The notes beneath the pieces are model-generated. The model saw only the letters and a program-made list of their open reading frames with translations. It was not told where the DNA came from and ran no database searches. Made by a program: the position numbers and the translations under genes. DNA of 63,201 nt, the filler included, from Octopus bimaculoides (Eukaryota), in the NCBI RefSeq assembly GCF_001194135.2. It is 9 parts of 8 records of this genome, joined end to end, with 100 filler letters (N's around TTAATTAATTAA, not from the genome) between each part and the next. Parts side by side here need not be neighbours in the genome. Positions count along the whole stretch, not along the records: positions 3,072 to 15,312 come from NC_068987.1; positions 15,413 to 17,694 come from NW_026341820.1; positions 17,795 to 38,999 come from NC_068983.1; 6 more parts are not named here. One strand, 5' to 3'. Below are positions 11,586 through 24,847 of the stretch, piece by piece (position 1 is the first letter of the stretch; each line of letters starts with the position of its first letter).

Positions 11586-14138
11586 GAAATTAAACCATTC
11601 CTTCAAAATTTCTTGTTAATTTATGTTCCAAACATCACCTTAATAATAAAATTATTTTACTAAATTCCTCATTATTTTCAAAGTTAATTGAAACAAAGGT
11701 GGAGTATTTCAACTGAAATATTATAACAAAAGTGTTAATTATTGACAATATTTCTGAGCATCAAACTATGTCAATAGAGTGCCAGTCTAATAGGGAAAAG
11801 TTTGATTATTCATGTTCAGTCACTTGTTTGGTCCTTCCAAAATATGGTTCTTAACATGAAATGACTTTGTCTTTCTAACTATAAAAACATACTGTGAAGT
11901 AGTGAATCTTTACACTGTAACCAATAGAAGTCCAGCATTATTCACGTATGTGGTGTTAACTCAGAGTTCATCTCTTTCTCTGAGTTTAAACTGGAAGTTA
12001 ATTTACCCTGAGTACATTACATAAAAATAAATATTTTGACTTGTGTCCCAACAGCTCAGGATTGTACTGGAAGACCATTTGAGAAATTGATTTAGCTGTG
12101 TAGGTTATATCACTAGTTACAGCTAATAGACTTAAAAGTGTAGTTAAGAAATTGCGTTTCGCAGTCACATAGTTTCAGGTTTATTCCCACTGCATGACAT
12201 CATGGGTAAGTGGTTAGTGTCCTCTGCTATAACCTCATGCTGACCAATGTCTTGTGAGTGAAATTAGTAGATGGAAACCATGTAAAAACTCATCATGTAT
12301 TATCATTATCATCATTATTAAATGATGATGATGATGATTTTAAGGTCCACTTTACCATGCTTATATGGATCAGATGAAATTCATTGGGGTAGATTTTCTA
12401 CAGCTGGTAGCCCTTCTTGCTGCTAATCTTCACCTGTTTCCAAATAAAGTGATGTTTCTCCTAGTCCTTTGAACATGGAACTGCACAGTGGCCAGATGTA
12501 TTTTCATGGAGTATTGCAGATGAATAACACCATTTGTATGGTGGTGACATTCATTTACAACTGACATGTCATGTCAAGACAAGGGACATAAACACAAGCG
12601 CACACACATATGAGATGTTTCAGTTTTCATCTACCACATCTACTCAGAAGGCTTTGATCAGCTTGTGGCTAAAGTAGAAGACACTTACCCATGGTGCTGC
12701 ACTGAAATTGAATGCAAAACCATGTGGTTACACAGCAAACTTCTTCACAACACAACCATACTTATGTCTGCTTTTGTCCCCCATCCCTTCTCTGTATCTC
12801 CTCCCCTATCCATTCTACTGGGTCCCTTCCCTGAGCCACTTCCTGTTCACATCCCTATATATTTATCATCATTTTTACCATCATCCATCCCAACCTCTAT
12901 TTTATCCATCTCTCAATGACTATCTCATATTCTCCTTCTTATGCAAGGAGTTCTTGTGAGTTACAAGGCAACTTCTAGTGATGATGTCACAAAAAAAAGA
13001 AGAATCATCCAGTACACTCTGTAAAGTGGTTGGTGTTACAACACTATATTACATATGCTCATGGCAACATATGAAGGTGGTAGTGGTGGGGTTACTAAAA
13101 AAACAAAAGATCTATGAACCTTTTAGAGACTAAGCCTATTGTAGCTTTCATATTAAGAAAATATATGGTGGACCTATTTATAGAAGATACAAAAAAGAAT
13201 AAAGATTAATTATCTAAAATTCTGAAAAATGTCCTAAAATGATAAATCAGTATGATGATCCAATCCTCTTACTGATCTCTTTCTAGCTCCACCCTGCCAG
13301 GTCTTCTAAAATGGGAGTAGCCATGTAGTTCCTCTACAGTGAGAAACCTATTCTACTCTGGCCCCTTCTCTCATACTTAAACCCCTCATCTCCTAAATAC
13401 TGCCTCTCTTTGGATTCATAGTCTTGCATGCTGCAAGGTACCTTGAAAAAAGCATCCGTTACATGCTGTAAAAGGTTAACATTAGGAAGGGTATCCAGCT
13501 GTAAAAGCCCTGCCAAAGCTGATGTTGGAGCATGATGCAATCCTTGGACCCATCAGATCCTGTCAAACCATCCATACTATGCCAATATGGAACATGTATG
13601 TTAAATGATGATGATGATGAAGTTATTGTGTGACTGACAGATATTGCTTTTTAAACTTTTTTGTGTAGGTATAACATCAATATTTGAAAAGGAGAGGTCT
13701 TCGTCGACTGAATCAACCCTGTTATGTTACTGGCACTTTTATTATTGCACCAGAGTTAGGAAAATCAAAACTGACTCAGTGTGATAGGGTAACTCAAAAT
13801 CAAGAGACGAAAAGTATCTAAATAATACTGCAAGGCAGTTAATCTCTTTGATACCAACTGACCTGAGATTGTCCCTGATTCTATGATGTGCTCTTAGTGT
13901 TTTAAAGTGATTTTAATTAAAACCTTTCTCAAACTAACTTATTTATTGCTTGAAATACTATCTTAACAATGGCAAAAGTTATTTTACTAAATTTTTCGTA
14001 ATTTTCAATATTAATTCAAACAGAGGCAGTGTATTTCAACAGAACTATGATAATGCTACCTTTCCTGCCGACTGATTACATCACTTAAATTATTTTAATA
14101 GTTTGTCTATGACAACAAATATTTGTCTCTTATTTCAG

Positions 14139-14298
14139 ACTTGCAGTCGTGTACTGTTGCCTGTGCATGAGCGGTCAGCATTTATTGATGCTGGTCGAAA
14201 TCCACACATGACCTACTTGCAGCGTAAAAATCTGAAGAAAAAGATATTGATTCGATGCAAAAAAATTAACAAGTGTGTTTATTGTTTCTCATTTAATG
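14139..14298 (+). CDS. POLR3A: RPC1 exon with second zinc motif; last POLR3A exon visible
   Basis: ttcag|ACT...AAT G|gtaatt, 160 nt; TCSRVLL...TYLQRKNLKKKILIRCKKINKCVYCFSFNG, in frame with the previous exon. Confidence 0.93.
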
Positions 14299-14959
14299 GT
14301 AATTATTAACTGCTTTTATTATTGTTTTATTTTTGTATACATTTTTATTTGTTTGTCTCAAAATCTGAAAATAAGAGAGAGAAAGAAGAGACAGAAGTCA
14401 TAGAAAGAAAGTTAGAAAAAGACAAAACAAAAAAGACAGGAAGGTGTCATAGGGGTGGAGGTGGATAGGGAGAAAGATGGAATGTTGAAGATGTAGAAGA
14501 ATTGCAGGGAGTGGGTCAGTGATAGAAAGACGACAGGAGAGTGTCATAAAGATGGGACAGCAAAAATGTCATAAGCACCATCACTATCCTCATGGCATTC
14601 TCTTTAACCATGCTTGATGGGAGTGTGGGTCTTCTCCAGTACTACATGTTGCCAATCATTGTGGTTCCTTGGTGTTCATTTTGTGAGGCTCAGCATTTTG
14701 AGATGAGTCTCACCTCTTCATCCCATGTTTTTCTAAGTCTTCCTCTTCTACTGGTTCCATTCACTTCGAGCAGTCGGCTCATTTTTATACAGCTGTTGTC
14801 TATGTTTTGTAAGTGCATGTGTGTGTATGGGTGTGTAGACAAGCATAGACACACATAGAGAGATACGCATGTGCAAATGTAGACACATACAATAGGAATA
14901 CAAAATACAAAATGGCTGATCGTTAGCAAAGAGGGACACACAAATAAGAAAGAAGAAAG

Positions 14960-15019
14960 CAAACGAACATTGGGCAAACGAACATTGGGCAAACGAACAT
15001 TGGGCAAACGAACATTGGA
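14960..15019 (+). repeat. 15-bp minisatellite (CAAACGAACATTGGG)x4
   Basis: Three perfect units and one with a single change. Confidence 0.9.
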
Positions 15020-15412
15020 GGGAACTTAAGGAAGGGAAGAACTCATCAGTTCTGTACCAGCACGCTGAGCAAGAACATAGAGGCTCAATCAACAACATAG
15101 AAATTAAAATCTTATCTACACATAGCAGTGATGCAGCACTTAGACAAATTACTGAAGCTACACACATAATAGAAGGGAAACCTAGCCTGAATAGGAAACT
15201 AGAATGGAACACTAACATACGCCACTAACAAACCACAGCATGTGACAACATGTTACCCATAAACCAATAATAGGAACAAAGTATAATACAATACATAGAT
15301 AAACAAATGGAANNNNNNNNNNNNNNNNNNNNNNNNNNNNNNNNNNNNNNNNNNNNTTAATTAATTAANNNNNNNNNNNNNNNNNNNNNNNNNNNNNNNN
15401 NNNNNNNNNNNN

Positions 15413-15905
15413 TTTCATGGCTTCTGATCTTAACTGATTGGAAATGTTATGTGCATTGTTTTGTCTTGATATAAAAGATGGGCTACAACAAATATTCTCA
15501 ATACCACAGATTTGCTTTTCAGTTGTTGGACCTTAACCGGTTGAGCATGTCTCGTCCCGAGCAGAAAGAGTGAGGAAACAGCATAGTCGTGTGTTGAGAG
15601 CAATTCTTTGAGGTTTGAATAATTCGCCTGTGGAAAAATGGGTATTTTGTTCAATATCCTTAAGCAAACCTTATTCAGGGACCTTTTGAGTGGGATGGGC
15701 TACTCGACCTGAAGAAAATTCTAACTGGGCCCCACCTGCGAGGTCATGCGCTGTTTATCTTGATATGAGATCACCATGTCGCGCACATATGGCTGTGATG
15801 CATGTGCCTGGTGTACCCTTAATCAGGCGGGTAGTCATGATGGGTATATTGGGCTTTGTATATGTTACTCCAGTATCACTTTGGTGACATGAATTGCTCT
15901 CTCAC
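15413..15905 (-). mobile_element. SINE-like interspersed repeat family D; second copy 21605-22035 (+)
   Basis: The two regions are reverse-complement homologues (ggtacaccaggcacatgcatcaca...gtcttgatataaaagatgggctac); both abut (ATT)n. Confidence 0.7.
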
Positions 15906-15949
15906 TGAATAATAATATTAATAACTATAATAATAATAATAATAATAAC

Positions 15950-16324
15950 AAAATACAAAGACCTGGAAATAGAGATAACTCGAATGTGGAATCTAAAAAC
16001 AGAAACAATTCCTATCATAGTAGATGCCTTAGGTATAATAAAAAAAATATTCAGACAAATACATAACAAAAACACCAGGACTTACAAATATATATAACAT
16101 ACAGAAAATTGCACTACTGGGTACTGCACACATTCTACGCAAATCACTTTCAATACAGTAACCATAAGAGCATCACAGCAAACCACAGCACATACCCAAG
16201 GCACGCAGAACTGCGCTCGGTAGTGAAGTGAAANNNNNNNNNNNNNNNNNNNNNNNNNNNNNNNNNNNNNNNNNNNNNNNNNNNNNNNNNGTGAAAGCAC
16301 GTTATAAAAATAAAACTACCGAAC

Positions 16325-16325
<1 letters not shown>
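15950..16325 (+). mobile_element. R4/Dong-type (REL) retrotransposon 3' fragment between (TAA)n arrays
   Basis: YKDLEIEITRMWNLKTETIPIIVDALG...IQKIALLGTAHILRKSLSIQ*, then 3' UTR and (TAA)n. Confidence 0.8.
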
Positions 16326-16386
<61 letters not shown>

Positions 16387-16779
16387 TAATAATAATAATA
16401 TTTTTAAAAGGATTGACGTAACTCTTCACAAAGGTAAACAGTGAAGACGAAAAGCACGATTCGATTGTAAGATCTTTTATTAGTTGAACGATATTTCAAC
16501 AGCACGTCTGTCTTTGTCAATTTCAAAATAAGAAGTGATAAAAATTCAAAATTACAGAAATTTAAACGTAAAGTATGAACGAGAGTAACCAGCCTCCACA
16601 CGATGATGGAATGACATCATCAGTTTTTAAGTTACAATTTTAAGACAGGCGGAAAGAAAAAGACAGAAAAAAAAAACAGACAAAAGAAGACGACAGAAAA
16701 AAAAAGGAAAGAAAGAGAAAGAAGAATATTTAATCAAACAGTTTTGAATAAATTTGATGATATCCTTCTGTCATTTTAT

Positions 16780-17215
16780 TCATTTCTCCAGGGCGTGATG
16801 ATAATAACCCGCAAACATATTTCTCCTCATACATTATGAGTAGCGAAAGTGAAGTAGATTCTGAATATTTTCAGAGAATATGCACTTTCAAGTCTTCTTC
16901 AAAATAGCAGTCACTTGAAACGAAATGTTCAGCAAGTTCTGTCGAACTACTGTTATTGTGCCTGACGTCGAATCTGTTGCCATTAAACCTTTTGTTTAAT
17001 TGTTCTGTTGTACAACCAACATAAATTGAGTTGTGTTTCGTGCATTCTGCAGCGTAACCAAATGGGAATCTTTACTTGTTCCACCTTCTGTATAAATCAT
17101 AAGATTTCTGTTATCATTTCTGATGGAATTCACTTCATTCATGTTGTTGCACAATGAACAGGGCTTACCTCTCTTGTGGCTGTTCTTTAAAGTACAGCGT
17201 GCAGATCCTCCAATG
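16780..17215 (-). mobile_element. Penelope-like GIY-YIG endonuclease remnant (not in the ORF track)
   Basis: Minus strand with frameshift/stop: V(Y)AAECTKHNSIYVGCTTEQLNKRFNGNRFDVRH...TELAEHF...DLKVHIL...EEKYVCGLLSSRPGEMN. Confidence 0.75.
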
Positions 17216-17254
17216 TTCGATTTCTTGGAGTTATTGAGTAGTTATATCTTTATA

Positions 17255-17620
17255 GCGTGCATTCTCTTCACTACCGAGTGCGCAGCTTTGTGTGCCTTGG
17301 GCATGTGCTGTGGTTTGCTCTGATGCTCTTATGGTTACCTCATTGAAAGTGTTTTGCGTAGGATGTGTGCAGTGCCTACTAGTGCAATTTTCTCAATGTT
17401 ATATATACTTGTAAGTCCTGGTGTTTTTGTCATGTATTTGTCTGAATATTTTTTTATCATACCTAAGGCGCCCACTATGATAGGAATTGTTTCTGTTTTT
17501 AGATTCTACATTCGAGTTACCTCTATTTCCAGGTCTTTGTATTATGAAAGTTTCTCCATTCCTTTTAGAGAAACGTTGTCCTCTGCTGGTATTAATACAT
17601 CAATTAGAAAGCATTTCATT
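17255..17620 (-). mobile_element. R4/Dong-type 3' fragment, same family as 15950-16325
   Basis: Reverse-complement homologue; its 5' end abuts a long (TAA)n. Confidence 0.8.
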
Positions 17621-17622
17621 AC

Positions 17623-17694
<72 letters not shown>

Positions 17695-17794
17695 NNNNNN
17701 NNNNNNNNNNNNNNNNNNNNNNNNNNNNNNNNNNNNNNTTAATTAATTAANNNNNNNNNNNNNNNNNNNNNNNNNNNNNNNNNNNNNNNNNNNN

Positions 17795-17852
<58 letters not shown>

Positions 17853-18189
17853 CATTATTATTATTATTATTATTATTATTGTTGTTGTTGTTATTATTAA
17901 GGCAGCGAGTTGGCGGAATTGTTACCAATAGTTACCATGCCGGATAAAATGCCCAGTTGTATATCGTCCGTCTTTAAGCTCTGAGTTCAAATTCTGAGCT
18001 CGACTTGATCTGGAAGAATCGTTAGCAGGCAAAGCAAAATGCTTACAGCATTTCGTTCGTCTTTACGTTCTGAGATCAAATGTCGACGAAATCGGCTTTG
18101 ATCTTTATCTTTTCGGCCTTGGTAAAGTAAGTAGAAGATGATCAAATAAATATTTGGTGTGCCAAAATTTAAAATCATTATTATTATTA

Positions 18190-21100
18190 TTATTATTATT
18201 AATATGTTGTTGTTGTTGTTGTTGTTTTTTCTTCCTTCTTCAAATTTTCTTTCATTTCTCGCCGAGTGTTTTCCGTACACCTAGGGCAGAGAAGCTCATT
18301 GTATGCATTCCCAGTCTACACACGCAAATTCACAGGTAAAATATGTATTTAAAAAATAATAATAAATAAATAAATTCATGAATGGGTGTTGTTTTCACAG
18401 CGATAATGCACTTCTCAGTACATGAGTCGTTCCAGTTAACACGACTTTTTGCACTTCCTGTAGGGATGGTAAGCCTGGTATCATTTTCAGATAGATTTCA
18501 GTACATTTTTTTATCATTCCTAGAGATCCTACAATCCCTGCTACAGTAATCGCCTTGAGGTGCCACATTTTTTTCAATTTCTGTTAGCAAGTCTTTATAT
18601 TTACTGATCTTGTCAAATTCTTTCGCCGTTATATTATGATCGCAAGGAATACTCATGTCAATTAATAAACACATCTTCTTTGTCTGATCTTTTATAATAA
18701 TATCCGGTTAATTAGCTTTTATAGTTTTGTCGGTATGTACAGGGAAGTCCCAGAGAATAGACACATTTTCTCCCTCAGTCACAGCTTCAGGATGGTGTTT
18801 ATACCATTTGTCAGCGATTTTTTATTTCATGATGCCGACATATTGTCCAGTGTAAATACTGACCGACTCTGTCATGTCTTGCTTTATATTCTACAGGTGC
18901 TAAGACCATACACCACCTTGAGATTAGGTGGTCTGTAGTTTCAATCTCATCGTTACAGAATCGGCATTTTCGGTCAGCTCCATTTTTTATCACATTGGCT
19001 TGGTAGTTCCGGGTTTATAAGCTTTGGTCTTGAGCAGCTAATATGAAGCCTTCATTCTCTGCTTTTAGCCCTGAGCTTCGTAACCATTCATGCGTGTGTT
19101 TACTAGCTCGGTCTGTTATGCTCTAGCACCCCATCTGTTTGGATTGAGAAATCCCAGACGATTTTGCTAGTCTTTGGCTCTGCCACTCTCTGCGGTTTGT
19201 GCTCATACTACGTCTTGCCTCTCTCTCTAGTCCCCACTTTTCGCACAGTTTCTAATGTCGCACTTTCGCTACCTGGTCGTGGTTTTCGGTAAGACTAAGG
19301 CATTCGTTGGTGATATGGACAATGGTTTTATCCACTCTATTGCAGAAGCGGCTCAGCGGTGACACTTGCTCATGCCTAAGGTTAACTCTCCAGTTCGTGG
19401 CCAAAGCTTGGTCTTGCGCTGCCAGTATAGTGCTCGGGGGTCTCTTTTTTTACGGCTCCTTTCATCAACCAATCCCACCTATTTTTTCCCGCAACTTCTA
19501 TTGTAGCTGCATGGAATTGATTGCGTAGTCCTTTCTTGCGTAATTCTTCTGCATGTCCTTTTTGCACTTCTTCCTCTGTTTTCTCATTTTTCTCTGCTCT
19601 CAATACTCCCTCGTTCCTGTCACTTGCAAGTTTTCCTTATTTTGGGTTAAGTAACTCATTAAGCTTCGTGTTCGATACGCACGCAGTCTTCCATACATAT
19701 CAGTCCCCTTCCTCCATTTTCTTTCTTCATGTATAGGTGATGAGTGTCTGCACATGGATGACAGTCTCCCTGCATCTTCAGGAGCTTTCTTGACTTCCTT
19801 CCATCTCCTTAAGCTCCTCCTCTGTCCACTTCAGAATTCCAGTGCCATACCGAACTACTGCGCCCGAGTTTATTGCCGAGATCATGCTTCTGGTATTGAG
19901 CTTTGAAGTCAATATTTTTCTCACTCCCCGCAGGTACTCTTTTTTGTCTTTTCTTTCATGTCGTGGTGTTTGATTCTATCTGCCTCAAGTATGTCCAGGT
20001 ATTTATAGCTGGATTGAAGTTGAATTGCCTTCATCATTTTACCATTTGGCAACTATATGCCTTCTGTCCTGGCAAGCCCATTTTTTCTTAGTAACTGTAC
20101 AGTTCACCGGCCAAAGCGCCTGACATTAGTTTCCATATAAGTGGAGGGCATGTTATTGGTCTAAAGTTAGATGCAACATTTCCCTTTTCAGGATCGTTGG
20201 CACAAAACAATGCCTTTCACTTTGTAATCCAGTAGGTACTGCGCCTTCCTGCAGGCACTCATCTAGACCCCTTTCAGCTTCTTCATTCAGTAACCTTGGC
20301 TCTTCCAATTTGTGAATTTTCTTAATTGCATTTTTATCATTTCTGTGATTATCTTTATGTCTTCTTGGACTTCTATATTTCTTGACCTATCTTGGATATC
20401 ATGCAGCCACTCCGCTTCATCATTATACTCTACAGGCTGGTCTCAGATCTCTCTCCAGAATGACTTGTTTTCTTCTGCATCTGGTATCATTGTAACGTGT
20501 ATTTGCCCATCTAGTTCCTAAAACAGTTTCTTCTGATTTGCTTCAAATAATCTGTTTTGCCTGAATTGTTTTGTTCTATTTGATTTGATTGCTACTTCTC
20601 TTTGATTCAATTCTTCCAATATCACATCATAACCCTTATTCTAGATTTCCTTCCAGCAGTATTCTTATGATTTCGTTCTGCAATTTCCTCTTCTCAATCT
20701 ATCAACTTGTCCTAAATACCTTTTTAACTTTGTTTCTCACAAATTCGTCTTTGCCAGTGCGGTTCTTTACGGTCTGTTTGTTCTTTTGGTTTCTACCGAA
20801 CTCTATCTGAAGCAACCATATCTGCAACGCAAATAATCTTGTTAGTTTCAGTTATATTTCTCGTCTGGAATACCCCTAGAACCGAATCTTCTTTTTGGTT
20901 TCAACTTTGAGCTTGCGTCGTTCAGTGTACCTCAGATTCGAGGGTACTTGATCCTGGTCTTCTCTAATATATTGGCACAGCGTCCTCACTATGTCTCGTT
21001 GGTCGTCATCGTATTCTTGTGACGTGGCTCTTCCCATTACTTCTGCTTCATTTGCTGAGAATGTATTTACATTTACACTTGGCTCTATATCTTCACTGCC

Positions 21101-21540
21101 GCTAGTCATTTCTCTGTTTTCACTGGGTAATGTATCTGTTTGTGAAGTATTATTTCTACTTTCTACTTTCCTTTTTATCTCTTCTATTTCTATGTCTGTT
21201 AACCACCCTTTTCCTGTAATTGCTCTTGCCTGATCGGCTAAACGTTGTTCATTTATTTCGAAGAGTCCTTTCTCATTCCATTTTGGTTTCATTCGTTGTC
21301 GGAATCCCCTTCTGCTGGCTTCAATCTTAGCCCAGCGTTTATTACCGTTCGGTTTGCCTCCTTACGCCACCATCTTCTCTGCTTCTGGCTTTGTGTACAA
21401 GCAGTCTTTGGATGACGACTGGGCCTGCGCTGCTCAAACACAGGGCACCTGCCAGGCGAAAGGCTTTCACCTTTGATTTCACCCTCATTCACACAATTAT
21501 TTGATACATTTGTATTACACATTTTTAGTCAACAATGAGG
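18190..21540 (-). mobile_element. Near-full-length degenerate R4/Dong-clade non-LTR retrotransposon with the RT core deleted
   Basis: N-terminal [31 protein letters not shown]; RT start NFRPITCPPLIWKL; CRFCNDEIETTDHLISRW...EYKARHDRVGQYLHW; REL KPDIIIKDQTKKMCLLIDMSIP...KYKDL; (TAA)n tail. Confidence 0.85.
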
Positions 21541-22065
21541 TATGTGTTTTAAGGTTAGCCACCAACAGGTATTTTATCGAGACATCATCTCATTATTATT
21601 ATCATTGAGGGAGAGAGCAGTGCATACCATCAAAGTGACACTGGTGAAAAATATACGAAGCCCAGTATATCCATCATGACTACCCGTCTGATAAGGGTAC
21701 ACCAGGCACATGCATCACAACCATATGTGCGCGACATGGTGATCTCATATCAAGATTAACAGCACGTGATTACGATGCTCCCCCACTATTTCTGCTCGTG
21801 ATGAGAGATCCACATATCGTCAGCCACTAAGGGTTAACTGGTTAAGGTCAAACACCTGACAAACTCAACTGGTTACGGTCAAACACCTGACAAACAAATC
21901 TGTGATATTGAGCATAATATTTGCTGTAGCCCATCTTTTATACCAAGACAAAACAATGTACATGATAACACTTCCATTCAATTAAGATCAGAAGCCATGA
22001 GAGCTACTGCCTGGAACTGAATCAGAGCATTTATTATGATTATTATTATGATTATTATTATTATT

Positions 22066-23520
22066 GTTCAGTAGTTATATTTTTATAACGTGCTTTCACT
22101 TCACTACCGAGCGCAGCTCTGTGCGCCTTGGGTATGTGCTGTGGTTTGCTGTGGTGCTCTTATGTTTACTGTATTGAAAGTGTTTTGTGTAGCTTCCAGT
22201 GTATATAGGTCCCGGCTCTGTCGTGTCTGTGAATATATTCCTTCTTAGCCAGGCCTGGGCAGCCAGAGATAATATGATTTATTGTTTCTTGTCCATCTCC
22301 ACATATTCTACAGTTACTTGTTATATTTCTTTTCATTATGTGTTTTTGGTCATTTCTGGTGGGGAGGTTTTGGTCTTGTGCAGCAATTAAAAATCCTTCA
22401 GTCTCTNNNNNNNNNNNNNNNNNNNNNNNNNNNNNNNNNNNNNNNNNNNNNNNNNNNNNNNNNNNNNNNNNNNNNNNNNNNNNNNNNNNNNNNNNNNNNN
22501 NNNNNNNNNNNNNNNNNNNNNNNNNNNNNNNNNNNNNNNNNNNNNNNNNNNNNNNNNNNNNNNNNNNNNNNNNNNNNNNNNNNNNNNNNNNNNNNNNNNN
22601 NNNNNNNNNNNNNNNNNNNNNNNNNNNNNNNNNNNNNNNNNNNNNNNNNNNNNNNNNNNNNNNNNNNNNNNNNNNNNNNNNNNNNNNNNNNNNNNNNNNN
22701 NNNNNNNNNNNNNNNNNNNNNNNNNNNNNNNNNNNNNNNNNNNNNNNNNNNNNNNNNNNNNNNNNNNNNNNNNNNNNNNNNNNNNNNNNNNNNNNNNNNN
22801 NNNNNNNNNNNNNNNNNNNNNNNNNNNNNNNNNNNNNNNNNNNNNNNNNNNNNNNNNNNNNNNNNNNNNNNNNNNNNNNNNNNNNNNNNNNNNNNNNNNN
22901 NNNNNNNNNNNNNNNNNNNNNNNNNNNNNNNNNNNNNNNNNNNNNNNNNNNNNNNNNNNNNNNNNNNNNNNNNNNNNNNNNNNNNNNNNNNNNNNNNNNN
23001 NNNNNNNNNNNNNNNNNNNNNNNNNNNNNNNNNNNNNNNNNNNNNNNNNNNNNNNNNNNNNNNNNNNNNNNNNNNNNNNNNNNNNNNNNNNNNNNNNNNN
23101 NNNNNNNNNNNNNNNNNNNNNNNNNNNNNNNNNNNNNNNNNNNNNNNNNNNNNNNNNNNNNNNNNNNNNNNNNNNNNNNNNNNNNNNNNNNNNNNNNNNN
23201 NNNNNNNNNNNNNNNNNNNNNNNNNNNNNNNNNNNNNNNNNNNNNNNNNNNNNNNNNNNNNNNNNNNNNNNNNNNNNNNNNNNNNNNNNNNNNNNNNNNN
23301 NNNNNNNNNNNNNNNNNNNNNNNNNNNNNNNNNNNNNNNNNNNNNNNNNNNNNNNNNNNNNNNNNNNNNNNNNNNATATTGCTGCTTTTAACTAATTTTC
23401 CTCTTTTCAGGGTTGCTTTGGGACATTTTTCTAATCCGAATTTCATATCTATTTCCTTGGTAAAGCCGTGTACTGTCTGTAGTAGTGTTTCTAGCTCTTT
23501 GTCGTTTTTAGCATATAATC
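22066..23520 (-). mobile_element. R4/Dong-type element, RT C-terminal half to 3' end, spanning a ~970-N gap
   Basis: LYAKNDKELETLLQTVHGFTKEIDMKFGLEKC...; ETEGFLIAAQDQ...CRICGDGQETINHIISGCPGLAKKEYIHRHD; 3' UTR identical in type to 15950-16325. Confidence 0.85.
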
Positions 23521-23599
<79 letters not shown>

Positions 23600-23749
23600 T
23601 ATACACTCAACAGATTATACTGCTGGAAAAGAAAAGAATCCTAACATCGAGCTACAAAAAGTAACCTTAGATGCCAAGAAATCTCCTACTGGGTTACAGC
23701 AAGTAACCTTAGAAGCCAAGAACTCTCCTAAGTATCCCACCTGTCCCTG

Positions 23750-24403
23750 ATAATACTGTTTTCTACAGCTGTACTAAACTGGATTTCATGCCTATTTCCT
23801 CTATCCATCTGTTCAGATCCAAAGGGATATTTCCCAATGCACTTATAGCTACTGGGATACATTTTGCCCGCACTTTCCATAGTCTCTGTATTTCAATAGC
23901 TAAGTACTGGTTCTTTTCTATTTTTTCTATACTTCTCATGTTAAGTTTTTCATCATATGAAAAATTCAATTATCTGGCACTTTCTATTGTCTTTATCTAC
24001 TACTACCAAATCAGGCTTTCTAGCTTCTTTTACTCTGTCAGTCTGAATGCTAAAGTCCTACAAGGTCTTGTATTTCTGACTTTACTAGGTTCATGTTCCT
24101 ACCATTTATCGGTATGTTCAAATCCTAGCTTTCTACAAAGTTCCCTGTGGATTGGTCTCCCTTGATTGTCATGTTTTTTCTTGTATTCCTTCTGGAACAG
24201 CATGATGCGTTCACTTACTATATGAAGAACTCTTTCCTCATTTGATTTGTACGATCTACGCTGGGAATCTACTTGGCTTTTGTCTCTTTCGACTTATATC
24301 CAATTAGTCCTTGATGCTGGATCGTGTGCAGCAACTAACAAACTTTCTGTCTTCCTCTTTAGCTTTCCCTTCTGCGGCCGTAGCCATGTCTGACTATTAT
24401 TAC

Positions 24404-24459
<56 letters not shown>

Positions 24460-24722
24460 TGTGATGAAAAACTCACAGCTTATTTTGCTGGGTATGATGG
24501 AATGCGTCAGTTGTCTGCAGATAGCAGACTAAGGTGACACTTGTCTACTGGTCATGCTTCCGGAACCCTGCGACGAATTCTTGCAGTTTCACGCAATACT
24601 GATTTTTGTAGATGTTCACACTTGTATCAATCTTTTTCAGCTATATTGGTAGATGAGTACTGATACTTCCAAGTGCGCCAATCACTATTAGTATCACGTC
24701 TATTCTCCGCATTGAGGACAAC
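23750..24722 (-). mobile_element. Further R4/Dong-type REL fragments (third family)
   Basis: KLKRKTESLLVAAHDPASRTNWI; KIEKNQYLAIEIQRLWKVRAKCIPVAISALG; VIVIGALGSIS; flanked by (TAG)n/(TAA)n. Confidence 0.7.
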
Positions 24723-24784
<62 letters not shown>

Positions 24785-24797
24785 ATTATTATTATTA

Positions 24798-24847
<50 letters not shown>

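Noticed and set aside
11160-15019. CRISPR-like look of the 66-nt and 15-bp repeats
   Set aside because: No unique spacers, no cas genes, eukaryotic intronic context.
16595-16625. CUGAUGA on the minus strand downstream of a Penelope remnant
   Set aside because: Part of a GATGATG/CATCATC hairpin with no properly placed GAAA or stem III.
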